Shown piece by piece: positions 39,318-54,541 of a DNA stretch of 64,000 bases (position 1 is its first letter; every line of letters begins with the position of its first letter). Under the pieces are notes generated by a model. It saw only the letters and a program-made list of their open reading frames with translations. It had not been told where the DNA came from and searched no databases. Source of the stretch: Adineta vaga (taxonomy: Eukaryota > Animalia > Rotifera); the NCBI GenBank assembly GCA_021613535.1, contig CP075493.1:9610001-9674000 (forward strand), written 5' to 3'. The translations under genes were made by a program, and so were the position numbers.

Positions 39318-40754
39318 TGTGTTAGTTGAAAATAAAAATGTTATTTTTGAAACTAAACGACACGTCTATTTATCAAGGCTTTACTCGACATATGTCATGT
39401 AATTGCGTAAGATTTTGGCTAAAAAAAAACTTTTACTACCCATGTGTTTGTCGATTGTGATTTTATCATTGTTGTATATTTCGACAAGTAGAACGAAGCA
39501 TGTTACAAAAACCCTCTAGATGGCAACAGTCACCAAATGACATGCAATTCATTCGATTTTGAAATTGCGTAAATACGTGACCTTTTAATATCAAGATTAC
39601 TTAACAAAACGAAAAATTTTATTGAAATCTTACCTAATATAGACGAGATTTCATGCAATAACATTTGATGATAACATGTTAAGATAATCGAAAAGAATAG
39701 TGATGAATGTGTTAAGATACGGGTATTGTATATTGTAGTAGTATTAATGACAAACGACGGTATATTTCGACAATGAATTGTTTTTCTAAAATTAATCCAC
39801 TAGGAATTATTCTTATTGATGATTTTCAAAACTGAAATTATGAATGCTATTACTCAGTGTATAATATCATTTCATTTTGCCTACTATCTTAGCTTATATG
39901 GATCGTATGAATTATTTGTAGAACAATATATTGTTTTTATTAGAATGAACGTGATCGAATAGTCAATGAAATGCGCTGTTTAGCATCTAAATATCATTTG
40001 AATTACAAAATCTCGTAAAGCTGTTCGTTCATTTCTTCAAACATGGACTCGAAATCTTCTTGATGTAGTTATAAATATCTTTCCTTTCGTCTAATATCTT
40101 CATTGATTCTCGAATAAACATACAAATCTTTTCAAGAACGAATATGACAATGATAGAAACCATCAATATTTAGTCAAAAGGGCATTTCATGTCTTGAATA
40201 ATTAGTATTATTCATTTCATTCATGTCAACTTCAATCTCTTATATGATACTATTAACTATAGTTAGTCTTATCGACAAATGAGACATTTCATCGATATTT
40301 AATCGTATCAGTATTTTTGTTCGAAAAAATTCAATTCTTTCTTCTAACGAAGCCATTTATGTACAACATCAACCGACATGTTCCTGCATGACATTCACAA
40401 ATAAATCGTCAATTAGAAGAGAAAACATTACTCATAAGAAGTTTATACATTGAGTATTTGTTTATGTATGTATTCATAATATTTAAATGCGTACATTTCA
40501 ATAGTTTAAGGTAAATACTACATATACATGTTTATGTAATGACATTTATCATAGCTAATTTATTTTTTCAGTTGTGAACGTGACTGCCATTTAATTTAAG
40601 AAAACAATACTTAGATGATTTTAAATCAGTCGTTATTCCATTATAATATTATTTCAAAGGAATGTACATAAAAAGAAGAAGAAGGAGAAGAAGAAAGAAG
40701 ATTATGGACGGAATTGAGCTTTTGTTCGCTGATAGAAAAAATAGTTTGATAAGA

Positions 40755-41403
40755 TTATAATAAAACACAATGACAAAAGCATTTTTTATGTGACTTTTTA
40801 TCTAGAGCAACTTTAGCTGCATATTCAAACACTTCTCGTACACCTTCACGTGTTTTTGCTGAACATTCAAGATAGTTTTTTGCACCAATTCGTTTTGCAC
40901 ATAGTAGTGCATCTTCTGTTGTAATAATTTTTTGATTTTGATTTCTAATACGTTCATGTACATTAGGATCATCACGTAGATCACGTTTGTTAGCAATTAA
41001 AAGTATCGGCACATTATGACAATAATGTTTAATTTCAGGTGCCCATTTATCTAATACACACGTTAAACTATCTGGTGAATCGAAAGCAAAACAAATCAAT
41101 ACAACTTGAGTATTTGGATAACCGAGAACACGTAGTCTAAAAAGAGAGATATAATTCAATAGAATATTGAAAAAGAATCGTTTTTTACCGTGCATATTCT
41201 TCTTGACCGGCAGTATCGATTAATAATAATTCAATACGTTTATTATCAATTTCAATAACATGTGTATTGCCTTCGAATAATGTTGGAACATAATCATGAC
41301 AAAATCGGTTGTCTTTAAAAGCATAAAGCAAGGATGTTTTTCCGACATTTCCATTACCGACAACGACTAATTTCTTCCGTACAAAATCGATATCAGATGT
41401 CAT
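40755..41403 (-). CDS. Rho-family small GTPase (RhoA/B-like, divergent)
   Basis: RKKLVVVGNGNVGKT, YVPTLFE, DTAGQEEYAR|LR, NKRDLR, ECSAKTREGVREVFE, CAAX CVLL. Confidence 0.92.
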
Positions 41404-42774
41404 ATTTTTTTGACATGGACCTTTGAAAAAGAAAAATCTATTTGAACAAGTAACAACAAATGACTTAATCAAAACATATTCTTCAACACATCTCATGTTA
41501 AAAGGAAGGATGAAAAAGAAAAACAACATTCGGAAGTTTGATTCTCCTTTTTTCATGATGCTCATCATTCTCATTCACTTATACATACCATAAAAGAAAA
41601 TTTCGTCGTTTTTTATGATTAATATTGAACTTGAGATCAGATAAATTGTCGTCAATTATCTATGTCAATAGTATAATAGTAGGTCGTTATTTGATCTTGA
41701 CAAATCCAATTAGATAAGACACCAGACTGTATATGTCTCTATTCTCGGTTCAATCAACTTTTCTCTGTTCTTTTTTTGTTCTTCTGTCTTTTCTTATGAC
41801 TTTCTCACCCTTCTATATTCTTGATAAATGAAGAATGAGAGAGAAAGAAGAAAAAAAAAGATCGATACGGATCTTCAGCAGATCGACGATGATGAGTGAT
41901 GCCAGAAATGGAGAAAAAATGACAATATAAAGCTATTCTCATGAGTGTCTTGTTATTGTTATTCTTATTTCTAATAGCATTTGATTGCACAGGACAGAAG
42001 AAAAAAAGAAAAATTCGAGACTAAAGATGATTCATTTTCAGAATCGGTTTCTCCTTCTTTTTTTGTAACGATTGGTAGATGTAATACAATTCGTATTTTT
42101 TCTTCAAATCTTACCTCTCACCAGTCATCATTAATTGATAGCTTCATACGCCCTTTTTTCTCCCGATTTTATGACGACCTGTTTATAAAAATGACTCTTA
42201 CCGAGAGCTGATGTCGATTTTATCATTGTAAGTTGATTGACAATACTTTATTTTATAACATGTATATATATATAGATTTCAATGATAGCAATAAGTACAG
42301 CCAAAGAGAGAGAATCGTATGTAAAAAAGAACATTAGATATTTTATTATTCATTGGAAATGGACGTTTAAATAATACATCTACTCTTGCCATTCATTCTT
42401 TCATTTGTATTTCAAATCGAATCATTTGTCGAGATCAATACACTCGATTTCTTTGTGTGTCTATTAAGATTTTCTGGTTTTGATAGTTATAATAGAAACA
42501 GTATTTTTCGCATGGAATATCAGAAGGAAATAGATATTGATTGAAAGTAAAGCTATTTCGCTTGATTTAATCTTTCCATTTTAAACTATTTGTATGAAAA
42601 ATAATAACAGAAAAGAAAGACAAAGTTCTATTTCCATGATTAATTTATTTTCATACATATTTCTAAAATAGTGACATAGTATATATATATATACACACAC
42701 GCGATTATATATGCATTTCAATAACGAATAAAATAAGAATACGTATATCTGAACAAGAATAGTTGATATTCATT

Positions 42775-44070
42775 CTAAGCTTTATCTAATTGCACCATTA
42801 ATAAACGAAAACTAATTGATGATGACGATAGAATTCGATTGCATTCTTGTGAACTAATCGGTAATTTTAAATATTCTGTTTCGGTATTATTTTGATTGAA
42901 TTCAAAATGATAAATAATCGGTTGAATCGGAATATTTGCCGGATCACCATGTGGTCCTTTGAGAATGAAAAATTTCAAATCAATAGTTTGACTAACTTTC
43001 GATTTCAATACTAATTGATAACTTAATGAACGTGTAACTGTTGTATGTGGATGTGGAATATTATCATTAATACGAGCACGTACTTGCCATTGATATTGTA
43101 AGGCTGTAAAACGTGAAGTTTCAAAATAAAGTTTAGCAACAAAATCATCGGTTCGAAATGGTTTTAAAATTAAATCTAAAATCAGATATTTTCTGTTCAC
43201 TTTATTCTTCATACAAACTTATCAACTTACCACTAACGCTAATTTGATTAAGTGAAAGTAGATCAACAACTGTTTCGAGACATTTTTTTTCTTCATCATA
43301 TGTTTTCTTATGTGCTTGAATAGTACTGATTAATTCAGAGCCGTTTTTTCTCGGATATTGACAAGCAATTAAATGGGATGCTAATTTATGAAAAGAACCA
43401 TTCCATGGACATCCAAGTAATACATAATCACAAATAGTTGGTCTAAAAAGAAAGAATAGAATTGATATTTGAATGACCTTTTTTGAATTCATACCGATCA
43501 AGACAATTTTCTGTTTGATGAATTTTAATTTCGGATCGTAAGAATATCTGACGACAATAATGACATTCAATCGGTAATTCAGAAATGGTTTTTTCTGCAG
43601 CTAAATTTCTTATACAATTTGATTTCGATATTTCACAACGACAATTCGGACTAAAAAGCAAAACAAAAATCAAATTTAATCGAAGAATGCAAATACAATT
43701 ACCATGTTGTTTGTTCATCTTTTAATTTACAATCGGCTAATAAATGATTAAAACAAGATGCACACATAAGATGACCATTGACACACTAAAAATCGAACAA
43801 AAAATACTTTCATCATTCGAAAGAAAGAAATTCTACTTGAAACATTGCTAATGTTGAAAGATCCAAACATATACAACATGAAAGAATCGATCCAATTCGT
43901 TCTTCAAGTAAACGTGGTTTATCAGTTGTTTGATTTTTAAATCTCTTTGCTAGTGGTTCATTGATTTCAGTTGAATTGATTGATGACAAATCTGTTGTCG
44001 TTGTTAATGATGGCGTTTCATTATCAGGATTTTGTTGAACATCATTGATCGAAATTGTTGCTTCAGCCAT
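42775..44070 (-). CDS. CYHR1: Cysteine- and histidine-rich protein 1 (RING + TRAF zinc finger)
   Basis: [84 protein letters not shown]. Confidence 0.9.
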
Positions 44071-44461
44071 AATCATAAAATCACAACAGAACGAAAAAAT
44101 TTCCACGTGAGCGACGCGTTCAATCAGGTGACGTCATTTTGCCATTGATTGGTTTATCGTGTTAAGATAATGAATTCTTCTAAACCCGGAAGGAATTTCT
44201 TGAATTATTAAAATAAAAATTGAATTTAAATAGATTTTTTTCATGCTCTTAAATATTTTTCGTATATCGAAAACTTCATTAGAATTATATGATTGGTTAA
44301 TTGAAATAACCAATAGAAATACAGGCCGATTATTTCGTCTGGATTTCATAATGTCAAGATAATCACAAAGTAGATTAGATTAGGACAGACGTAGTCTGTA
44401 TTTTCTATATCGTTTTATTTTCTTAATGATTATTTTTCGTCGTTTTTTTTCCAAACTCCAG

Positions 44462-45040
44462 ATGACTAAAAAACCATTATCAATTGTTGTAGCATTAGAT
44501 GATTGTAATGGTATTGGACGTGATAATACACTTCCATGGCATATTAAGAATGATCTGAAATTTTTTCGTTATATAACAACAAAGAAAATCGATTCAACGA
44601 AACGAAATGCAATTATTGTCGGACGAAAAACATACGAAACATTTCCAAAACCATTACCAAATCGATTGAATATTGTTTGTAGTCGAAATCAATCATTACC
44701 AAATATAAATTATCCCAATGTAATTCGTGTTGATACATTCAATGATGCTATAAAATATGCAATAGAAGATGCAACAATTGAAAATATATTTGCTATTGGT
44801 GGTGTTTCGATTTATGAAGAAGCCATGAAAACAAATCTTGTTAAACATGTATTTTTAACTCGAGTAAAAGGTGATTTTCATTGTACAGCGGTTTGGTCAT
44901 CATTTAACGTATCGGATTTCAAACGTCTGGAACCAATTCCTGATGAATATCAACAATTTTTTAATCAGTCCGATGAAAATCAAGAGGAGAGTGAAAAAAC
45001 ACCGGCATATCATTTAGAAATTTATGACCGAGATATTTGA
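44462..45040 (+). CDS. DHFR: Dihydrofolate reductase, intronless CDS (possible upstream in-frame start at 44426)
   Basis: IVVALDDCNGIG..NTLPWH...DLKFF, NAIIVGRKTY, KPLPNRLNIV, IGGVSIY. Confidence 0.95.
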   Translation: MTKKPLSIVVALDDCNGIGRDNTLPWHIKNDLKFFRYITTKKIDSTKRNAIIVGRKTYETFPKPLPNRLNIVCSRNQSLPNINYPNVIRVDTFNDAIKYAIEDATIENIFAIGGVSIYEEAMKTNLVKHVFLTRVKGDFHCTAVWSSFNVSDFKRLEPIPDEYQQFFNQSDENQEESEKTPAYHLEIYDRDI

Positions 45041-45100
45041 AAACTTTTTTTTTTTCTTTCTTCTTAAACTCAAGTTTTATATTTTCTGTTAACTTTTCAG

Positions 45101-45557
45101 ATGACATCTAATGAGTCAACATCGACAACTGCTGCTAGTAATGCTAAAGTCACATTTAAAATCACTTTAACTTCAGATCCAAAATTACCATACAAAGTGT
45201 AACTATGATTTGATTTGCTTATATAATCGATCTCATCGATATATTCTAGTTTGAGTGTACCAGAAAATACACCATTTACTGCTGTTTTAAAATATGCAGC
45301 TGAAGAAGTATGTGAATCAGTTTAATCAATGAATAGATTGGAATTTCTTTGTATATTTAGTTTAAAGTACAAGCAGCTACAAGTGCCATTATTACGAATG
45401 ATGGAATTGGAATCAATCCATCTCAAACAGCTGGTAAGATAAATACGACACTATCATTCTGTGAAGATAGATATATTTTGTTATTGCAGGCAATATTTTT
45501 CTGAAACACGGTGCCGAACTTCGAATTATTCCACGTGATCGTGTTGGTTTTTATTGA
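45101..45557 (+). CDS. UFM1: Ubiquitin-fold modifier 1 (absent from ORF track)
   Basis: Four exons: [18 protein letters not shown]|[19 protein letters not shown]|[24 protein letters not shown]|[22 protein letters not shown]. Confidence 0.97.
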
Positions 45558-45681
45558 TATCATCAAAATCTAAATTATTCGTTTTGAATATTTAATCTTT
45601 TATTTTAAATAAATAAATATAAATGTTATCGTTATTTCAAGTTTCTTCGGACAAGCATTTATATTCTTCTCTTTTGATTAG

Positions 45682-46567
45682 ATGTCATCTTCTCCTTCAC
45701 AATCTACACTACCAACATTACCAAAATCAGACTTCGATGCAAACCATCTCGAAGAAGAACATGTGCATAAAGTTTATAATAATATCGCTCATAATTTTAG
45801 TGATACTCGTCATAAACCATGGCCACGTGTAGTCGAGTTTCTTCGTTCATTTCCTAGTGGTTCACTTATTCTTGATATTGGTTGTGGTAATGGAAAATAT
45901 ATGAATATTCGACATGATTTAATGATGGTAAAGATTTTCTTTTTAGTTTTGATAATGGATTTTCTTTCTATATTAGATTGGTTGTGATCGAAGTGAAGGA
46001 CTTCTAAAGATATGTCGTGATCGACATTTTCAAGTTTTTCTTTCTGATTGTATGAAAATTCCTGTTCCAACCAATATGTTCGATGGTGCTATTTGTATTG
46101 CTGTTCTTCATCATATTAGTACGGAAGTAAATGAAAGAAAAAAAAAGCGGAATTTTATAGTTTTATATTGATTCTGTTTCTGATATTAGAATCGAAGATT
46201 ATTAGCTTTGAAAGAATTCGTTCGATTATTAAAACCAGGTGGACAAGCATTGATTACTGTTTGGGCAAAAGAACAAGAAGTTGAAAATAAAAAGAGTACA
46301 TATATTACGAAAAATGCTAAATCATGTCCGATTCATCAAAAACATGAGCAAACTGATGAATTAATTATTCATACACCTCGAACAGAATTTCAACGATCTG
46401 ATTGTCTTGTTCCATGGAGTAAACCCGATGAAAAATTATTGAGATATTATCATGTATTTGTTCAAAATGAACTTGAACATATATTGAATCATATATCTGA
46501 AGTGAAAATTTTGAATTCCTATAATGATGATGGAAATTGGTGCATTATATTTATGAAAATAGTTTAA
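45682..46567 (+). CDS. Trm9/ALKBH8-type tRNA wobble-uridine methyltransferase (stand-alone MTase domain)
   Basis: LEEEHVHKVYNNIAHNFSDTRHKPWP, LDIGCGNGKY, IAVLHHIST, ALITVWAKEQ, VPW..RYYHVF..EL, GNWC. Confidence 0.9.
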
Positions 46568-46598
46568 ATTGATATTTGTTTTACTTTTCAGATAGATC

Positions 46599-47252
46599 AT
46601 GTCGGATGTATCTATTCCATTTCTTTTTCAAAAGTCTGTAGCACTTAGTTCATATCGTGATCGACAATTTCGAGTATGAGAAAATGTTCTTTTTTCTTTT
46701 TCTGTTTTACAAAAATTCAATCTTTTAGGGTAATGAAGGAGAACAAGATAAAAAATTATTACAAAGTACAACACTTTATGTGGGAAATTTATCATTTTTT
46801 ACTACTGAAGAACAAATTCATGAATTATTTTCACGTGCTGGTGATGTCAAACGTATTATTATGGGTTTAGATAAAACAACAAAAACACCATGTAAGATTT
46901 TCTCATTCGTAGATTGTGAAATGCAATTTCTTTTAGGTGGATTTTGTTTTGTTGAATATTATACAAGAAGTGATGCTGAAGAAGCAATGAGATATATTAA
47001 TCAAACTCGTTTGGATGATCGAATTATTCGAACGGATTGGGATGCGGGATTTATTGATGGACGTCAATTTGGTCGGGGAAGAAGTGGTGGACAGGTTAAT
47101 CTTTTTTTTTTTCTATTTCGTTATCGTTTTTTGTCATTGAATTAATCTAGGTCCGTGATGAATATCGAAAAGATTATGATCCAGGCCGTGGTGGTTTTGG
47201 CAAACGATTTAATCCTGGAATGGAAATGGAAAAAGGAAGTGGTCTTGTTTAA
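46599..47252 (+). CDS. NCBP2: Nuclear cap-binding protein subunit 2 (CBP20)
   Basis: [76 protein letters not shown]. Confidence 0.96.
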
Positions 47253-48644
47253 TTTCTTGACTGTATATTTGTTCTTTAAAAGCAAACAAAAACAATAAAT
47301 CTAGAAAAGTTCTTTTGTGAATTAGGAAAAAAAAATACGATATTTTCTTTCAAATCCATATTCTGATAAATTATAATATGAGATTTATCGGAAAGTTAAT
47401 TTCTAAATACGGCAAATATAGAGCTGATCTTATGAAAGACTTTTTTGTTTATTGAAAACGATAATGAAAAAAAACTGCGACGATTATTTTCTCGGCACAT
47501 ACATTGATGTTTTTGAGTAAAAAAAAGTAATTTAACAGAATCGTCAGTCGGAAACACAGTCGAGCACAGTTTGACGTTCTGTAAAAGAGTTAAAAACTCC
47601 GAGTAACAATTTTGTTCATTTCACAAGAATTAATTTTTTTGTAATTAGAATTGTTGTCGTTATTGTTTAGAACATTTCTCATGACATGAAATGTGCGCTC
47701 TCACAAGCGAATTATTATGAAATAACAGACTTAACGCTTCTATATAAGATCTCCTGGACGATAAGCATACTATTTAATTGAATAATCTACAAAATACTAT
47801 TAGATGATTAAACTAATCAAGTTTTTATTGGAAAAATTATTAATATATAATTTAATCTTTCTAAACTCAATGACTGTTTTTTAATACAAAATTTTTATCT
47901 AATCACATACAGACTTAAACCTAGAGTGAATAATTCAACCGGATATTTATATTCACAATTACTTATAGACATTCTATATTAGATATTTTTGCATTGATGT
48001 CAGTTATTGAAATGCGTTAGAAGTACGAAGTCCTAAAGCTTGTTATGTCTACAAAATACAATAGGTTTAAAAAAAAGCCAGTTATGATGTTCCTAGCGAT
48101 GATAATTGATCTTCAATGTCAAGCATCTCATGTCATTCACAAGTTCGTTTATTACTAAAAAAAGTACTTATTTGATTGTCATATAAATGTCCATAGACTG
48201 CGTAGTTTATATCACTATTTATAACAACATGTGCATGTTTAAATAGAGTAAAAGATAAAAACAGATATCTTAATTAATTGAACGCCTACGACTCTAGATT
48301 ATGTCGTTTTCTATGAATATATCATGATAGAAAGAAGTTTTTTTTTAATATAAATTCTATTGATATCTCGTCACAAATTTATTTCGATGTCTATCAGTAG
48401 AATTGTTTTTTTATTTAAGAAGAAGAGGAATAAAGCACTCATACAATCAATAACTATACAAAAGAAAAAGGTAGATGCATGGATAAGAAATACACGCCCG
48501 AAAAACAAAATCATTTGAAAAACAAAACAACGGAATGTGATGGCAAAGAAGAGAAAGAATTAAAGAAACAGAGATATATGTGTACACGTAACTAGTCATC
48601 ACTGGTTTTGTTTCGAGAAAGAAAAATAAAATGAGAAAAATAAT

Positions 48645-50798
<2,154 letters not shown>

Positions 50799-53700
50799 TT
50801 TTTCTTTAAAGCAAAAAACAAATAAAATAAAATCATCAACGAATCATTTCAATGGGAGTATCAAGTCAAAAATATTAAAAAAAATACGCAGTAAAGTCAA
50901 TATTGACTCGCATAAAAAAGATTAGAGAAAAAAACGTAAGAGGAAGAATGCGAGAGTATGAACGCTTCATAATGAAAAGCGTTAATAAAATGCGTAAAAA
51001 GAGTTGTATGTCATTAGTCTTCAATGATTAAACAAGATGTAATTGTGTTACAATGAGAGTAGCCGAGCAAAATCGTTGTCTCACTATGCTGACAAGGTCG
51101 TCTTCTGTTTCCTTCTTTTACGTCTTCTTTTTTTTTGCAGCACAACACCAAACATGCAAACGAGGGCGTACAGAATGTGAAAGGACAATAACACGTGCGT
51201 TTTCATCCTTTCCTTTTTTGCCAGTCGACTAGTAAGCCAGCCGTACAGCATGCTTAGACTATTTCTCTCTCCTATTCGTTCTGCCTGCGTCTTCGCTTCC
51301 TATTCTTCTTCTTGTTCTTCTTCTCCGTCTAACATCCTATTGCGTTTTGCTACAACCATTAGTAACCATATAGAATTGAGAGTCTTGCTTTTTGATTTCC
51401 TTAATTTACATTTCTTACAGGCTTGTTTTAAGGCATTGAATTGAAAACGGGAAAAAAGTGATTGAAATGAAGAATACCGGACGTTCTTATCAAATCAACA
51501 GAAAGAAAGAAAAAGAAAGCTTTCTTAAAAAAATATTTAGACAACAAAAATGAATGCTGTTTCTGCTTACCCGATGATTTTATTTGTTGATCGTGTTTTT
51601 TCTGTAGTTTAAACATATGTCATTCTATATATTTCTGTAATAAAATGATAGCAAATAGAACTGCATAAAATAATGCTATTTCTGATGAAAGTCATAGCAT
51701 TTTAAGCAGTAGATTCTTATCGCAAGCAGATATCTTCTCTCTCTTGTCTCTGCTCTCCATATTTCTCTATGATTTGACTATATTTCTAGCATGTAATCTA
51801 TGCTTCATTCATTCTCTGATCTACAACAAGATCTTTTCTTTAAAAAAAATTCAATCAATAACGATAACTAATCGTCTTCGTCGAACATAATATGTTAGAA
51901 AACAAGAGAATGTGTATTTCTATAGAAGAAAATTCTATAGAAGATGAAATAAAAATCTCAATAGAATTGGCATTTAAGATATAGATCTATGTATAGAGAT
52001 GACGAAATCAACTTACCAAGCCACTTTGGCATATTTTCTACTGTTGAAAATTGAGATAAATTAATTACATTCGTCTATAAGTAATCTGAAACTTCGATCC
52101 AATCATTGACTTGTTCTGTCATTTTAGTCTGCGATCATATATCTCTCTCTCTTTTTCTCTCGACAACGAATATGCAAAAGTGAGCATATGTCATTCATTA
52201 GATATGTCATTATATTTATTCCTTGTTTATTAATGATAGAGAGATGAAAAAGACTAGATGCAAACTAAATAAGAAGATTCAGAAGAAACCAGAGATAAAT
52301 AGATAAATATATATTAGAGACGAACATCATAGTGTATGTAGTAATAGCATCTGTCATATTTTTCTTTCTACTCCGACGCCATTCGAATTAGTATTATTCT
52401 TCGATTTCTTTCTTTCTTTCTCTCTCTCTCTTTCTCCATCTCCGATTGATAATGCCTACAATTGATCTTTCTTTCGTGCTATATTAATTATATACAACGT
52501 TAATCGATAGAAAGTGTTTTAAGTGTATGATTGAAATCATGCGAATTCAGTTAGTAAAAAAACACGAATTAATCATAATTGTTTTAATTTAATCAATTTT
52601 TCTTTTACGTTTATATTATTTAATGAAAATAGTTTGTATTCCGAATCGATATTTATCAATAATTGCAACTGAATAAATAGAAACTACTCTTTGACGTCAT
52701 TTCGTCCGTATTTAAATAGTTGTGTCATCTGATTATGCCAATAAGATTGTCTTGATTCTGCCTAGTATTTATAGCGAACGGATTGGCAAATCATTGATAG
52801 GTTTACTACCATTCCATAGACATCAAATGAAGGAGAAAAGAACACTTTATTCTTGCGATTCTCTAGTAAATCCTATTTGATATGTCGCGTCTTTTCTCAG
52901 AGAGAAAATACATAAAAATAACTATTATCTTACGTCTTATTAATGTTGTTGCTATGGTCGATGATTATGTCTCTTCTTATGTCATGCAGCTTACAAGTAA
53001 TTATTCTGACTATCATGAAGTCTAATGCTTATGCGAAAGATGTATTCAAATGTCTGTATTATCTTAAATATAATTAGATAGAAAATTTTAATAGGAGAGA
53101 AACTATATTTCAAATCAAATGTTGATTTTTCGAAATAGAATTATATCTGAAGTAATTATATCAATGATTACAGAAAACAAGACGATCACTTACCAGTAGT
53201 AGAGAAACACATTGTTAACATTTCTATGCCAAATAAACTTTCGTTTTTCTTCTTTCTAAACACTGATAAGCTTGTCAAGATAATCTATATTTTTGAACTT
53301 TTTTATTATAATATCTTTTTTGAAGTGTGCGTCTCATAAGCTTACTCTTTATGAACTTCTGTTTCTCTTTCTTCTTCTCTTCTCATCCGTTTTCTGTAGG
53401 TCACATACAATTTCTATAATTTTCTAACAAAAAGATTCTACCATTAAGCAGAGAGAAAAAAAGGCGAATGACAACTAAAATTGCTCATCATATTTCTTTT
53501 TTTTTCACTAGCTAACAATACATAACTTTTCCTATTTGTCTACTTGGACAATAACGACAAACAAAGATTACAAACGGAAATTATTTCTTCAAGATTTCTC
53601 GACTGATTGAGTTAGAGTATTTATTATCGAATGAAAATATCAGTCTAACGCAATAAAATATTACATATACATATTTCACTTGTTGTTTTTTTAATTTTCA

Positions 53701-54541
53701 CTATACTGATATTGACATTTAGGTGACAAGATTTTTCTTTATTTGTTTTACAAGTTGTATCGTTGTTTTATTCATCATGAATATGACTGACGAAGCTATA
53801 GAACTAGTTATTAAAAACTATGCAAATAGATTCTAACTCACTTTTATTCTTTTACACAGTTGATCAAAACCTAATTCAATTTTATACTTTTGATTCGTAA
53901 AAAAAAACAAATATTTTTTAAAATCATTTGATGTATCTCTTATTGACAAGTAGTTATTTTAGTGGACTGATTGTCTAACTCAAATAGATAAGGAAAAACT
54001 TCTTTATATGTCTTCGGAAATGATTAGTACTTTACTTCTTTCATTTTTCATTTCCGAAATATATTACGCACATCCGAGTCAAATACACGAGAAGACATAC
54101 AACTAGTGTATCCTACGCAAAATATGAACTAGAAAACAAAACTATATTTTATGGTTAGATTAATGTCACATATATGCAAGTCGATACTATGCTGATTAAT
54201 CGAATCAGTCTTGGGAAAAAATAATATACATTTTGTTCTATGGAAATTGCAGTGTAAAAATATAACTTGACCGTAAATGATACGCTGTCAGTTTCAATTT
54301 ATAAATGGTTATGTGAGAATATCAAAATGTCTGCATTTTCTCTTCAGAACATTCTTTTGATTCAGAACGATGATCTTTATGTCGTAATTTAATCAGTATG
54401 ATGGATCATCGTTTATTTATGTTTTGATAGTTTATCATTGACTACGCGATAGACAATTATGAAAGTGAATGAAAATATTTTTTTTTGTATTAGTAAAAGT
54501 TATTTAAAAACTGATGAATGCGTAGAAAAAAATAAAAGTTT

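Noticed and set aside
44462-45040. DHFR as a bacterial transfer (intronless, Asp at the folate-binding acidic position)
   Set aside because: Length and insertions are eukaryote-like and Asp occurs in some invertebrate DHFRs; not supportable without a phylogeny.
47535-47582. Short stem-loop ACAGAA-CGTCA...TGACGTTCTGT as an ncRNA
   Set aside because: An 11-bp stem is within chance expectation; no recognisable RNA family motifs.
52009-52020. CAACTTACCAAG resembles part of the bdelloid spliced-leader exon as I recall it
   Set aside because: Only 12 nt match, it is not followed by AG|GT and no Sm site is evident; on the minus strand it is simply a G|GTAAGT donor-like sequence upstream of SGK.
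50900-54500. ORFs 51250-51444 and 51428-51616 and the long gene-free stretch
   Set aside because: Low-complexity noncoding sequence, probably the SGK upstream and 5' UTR region.
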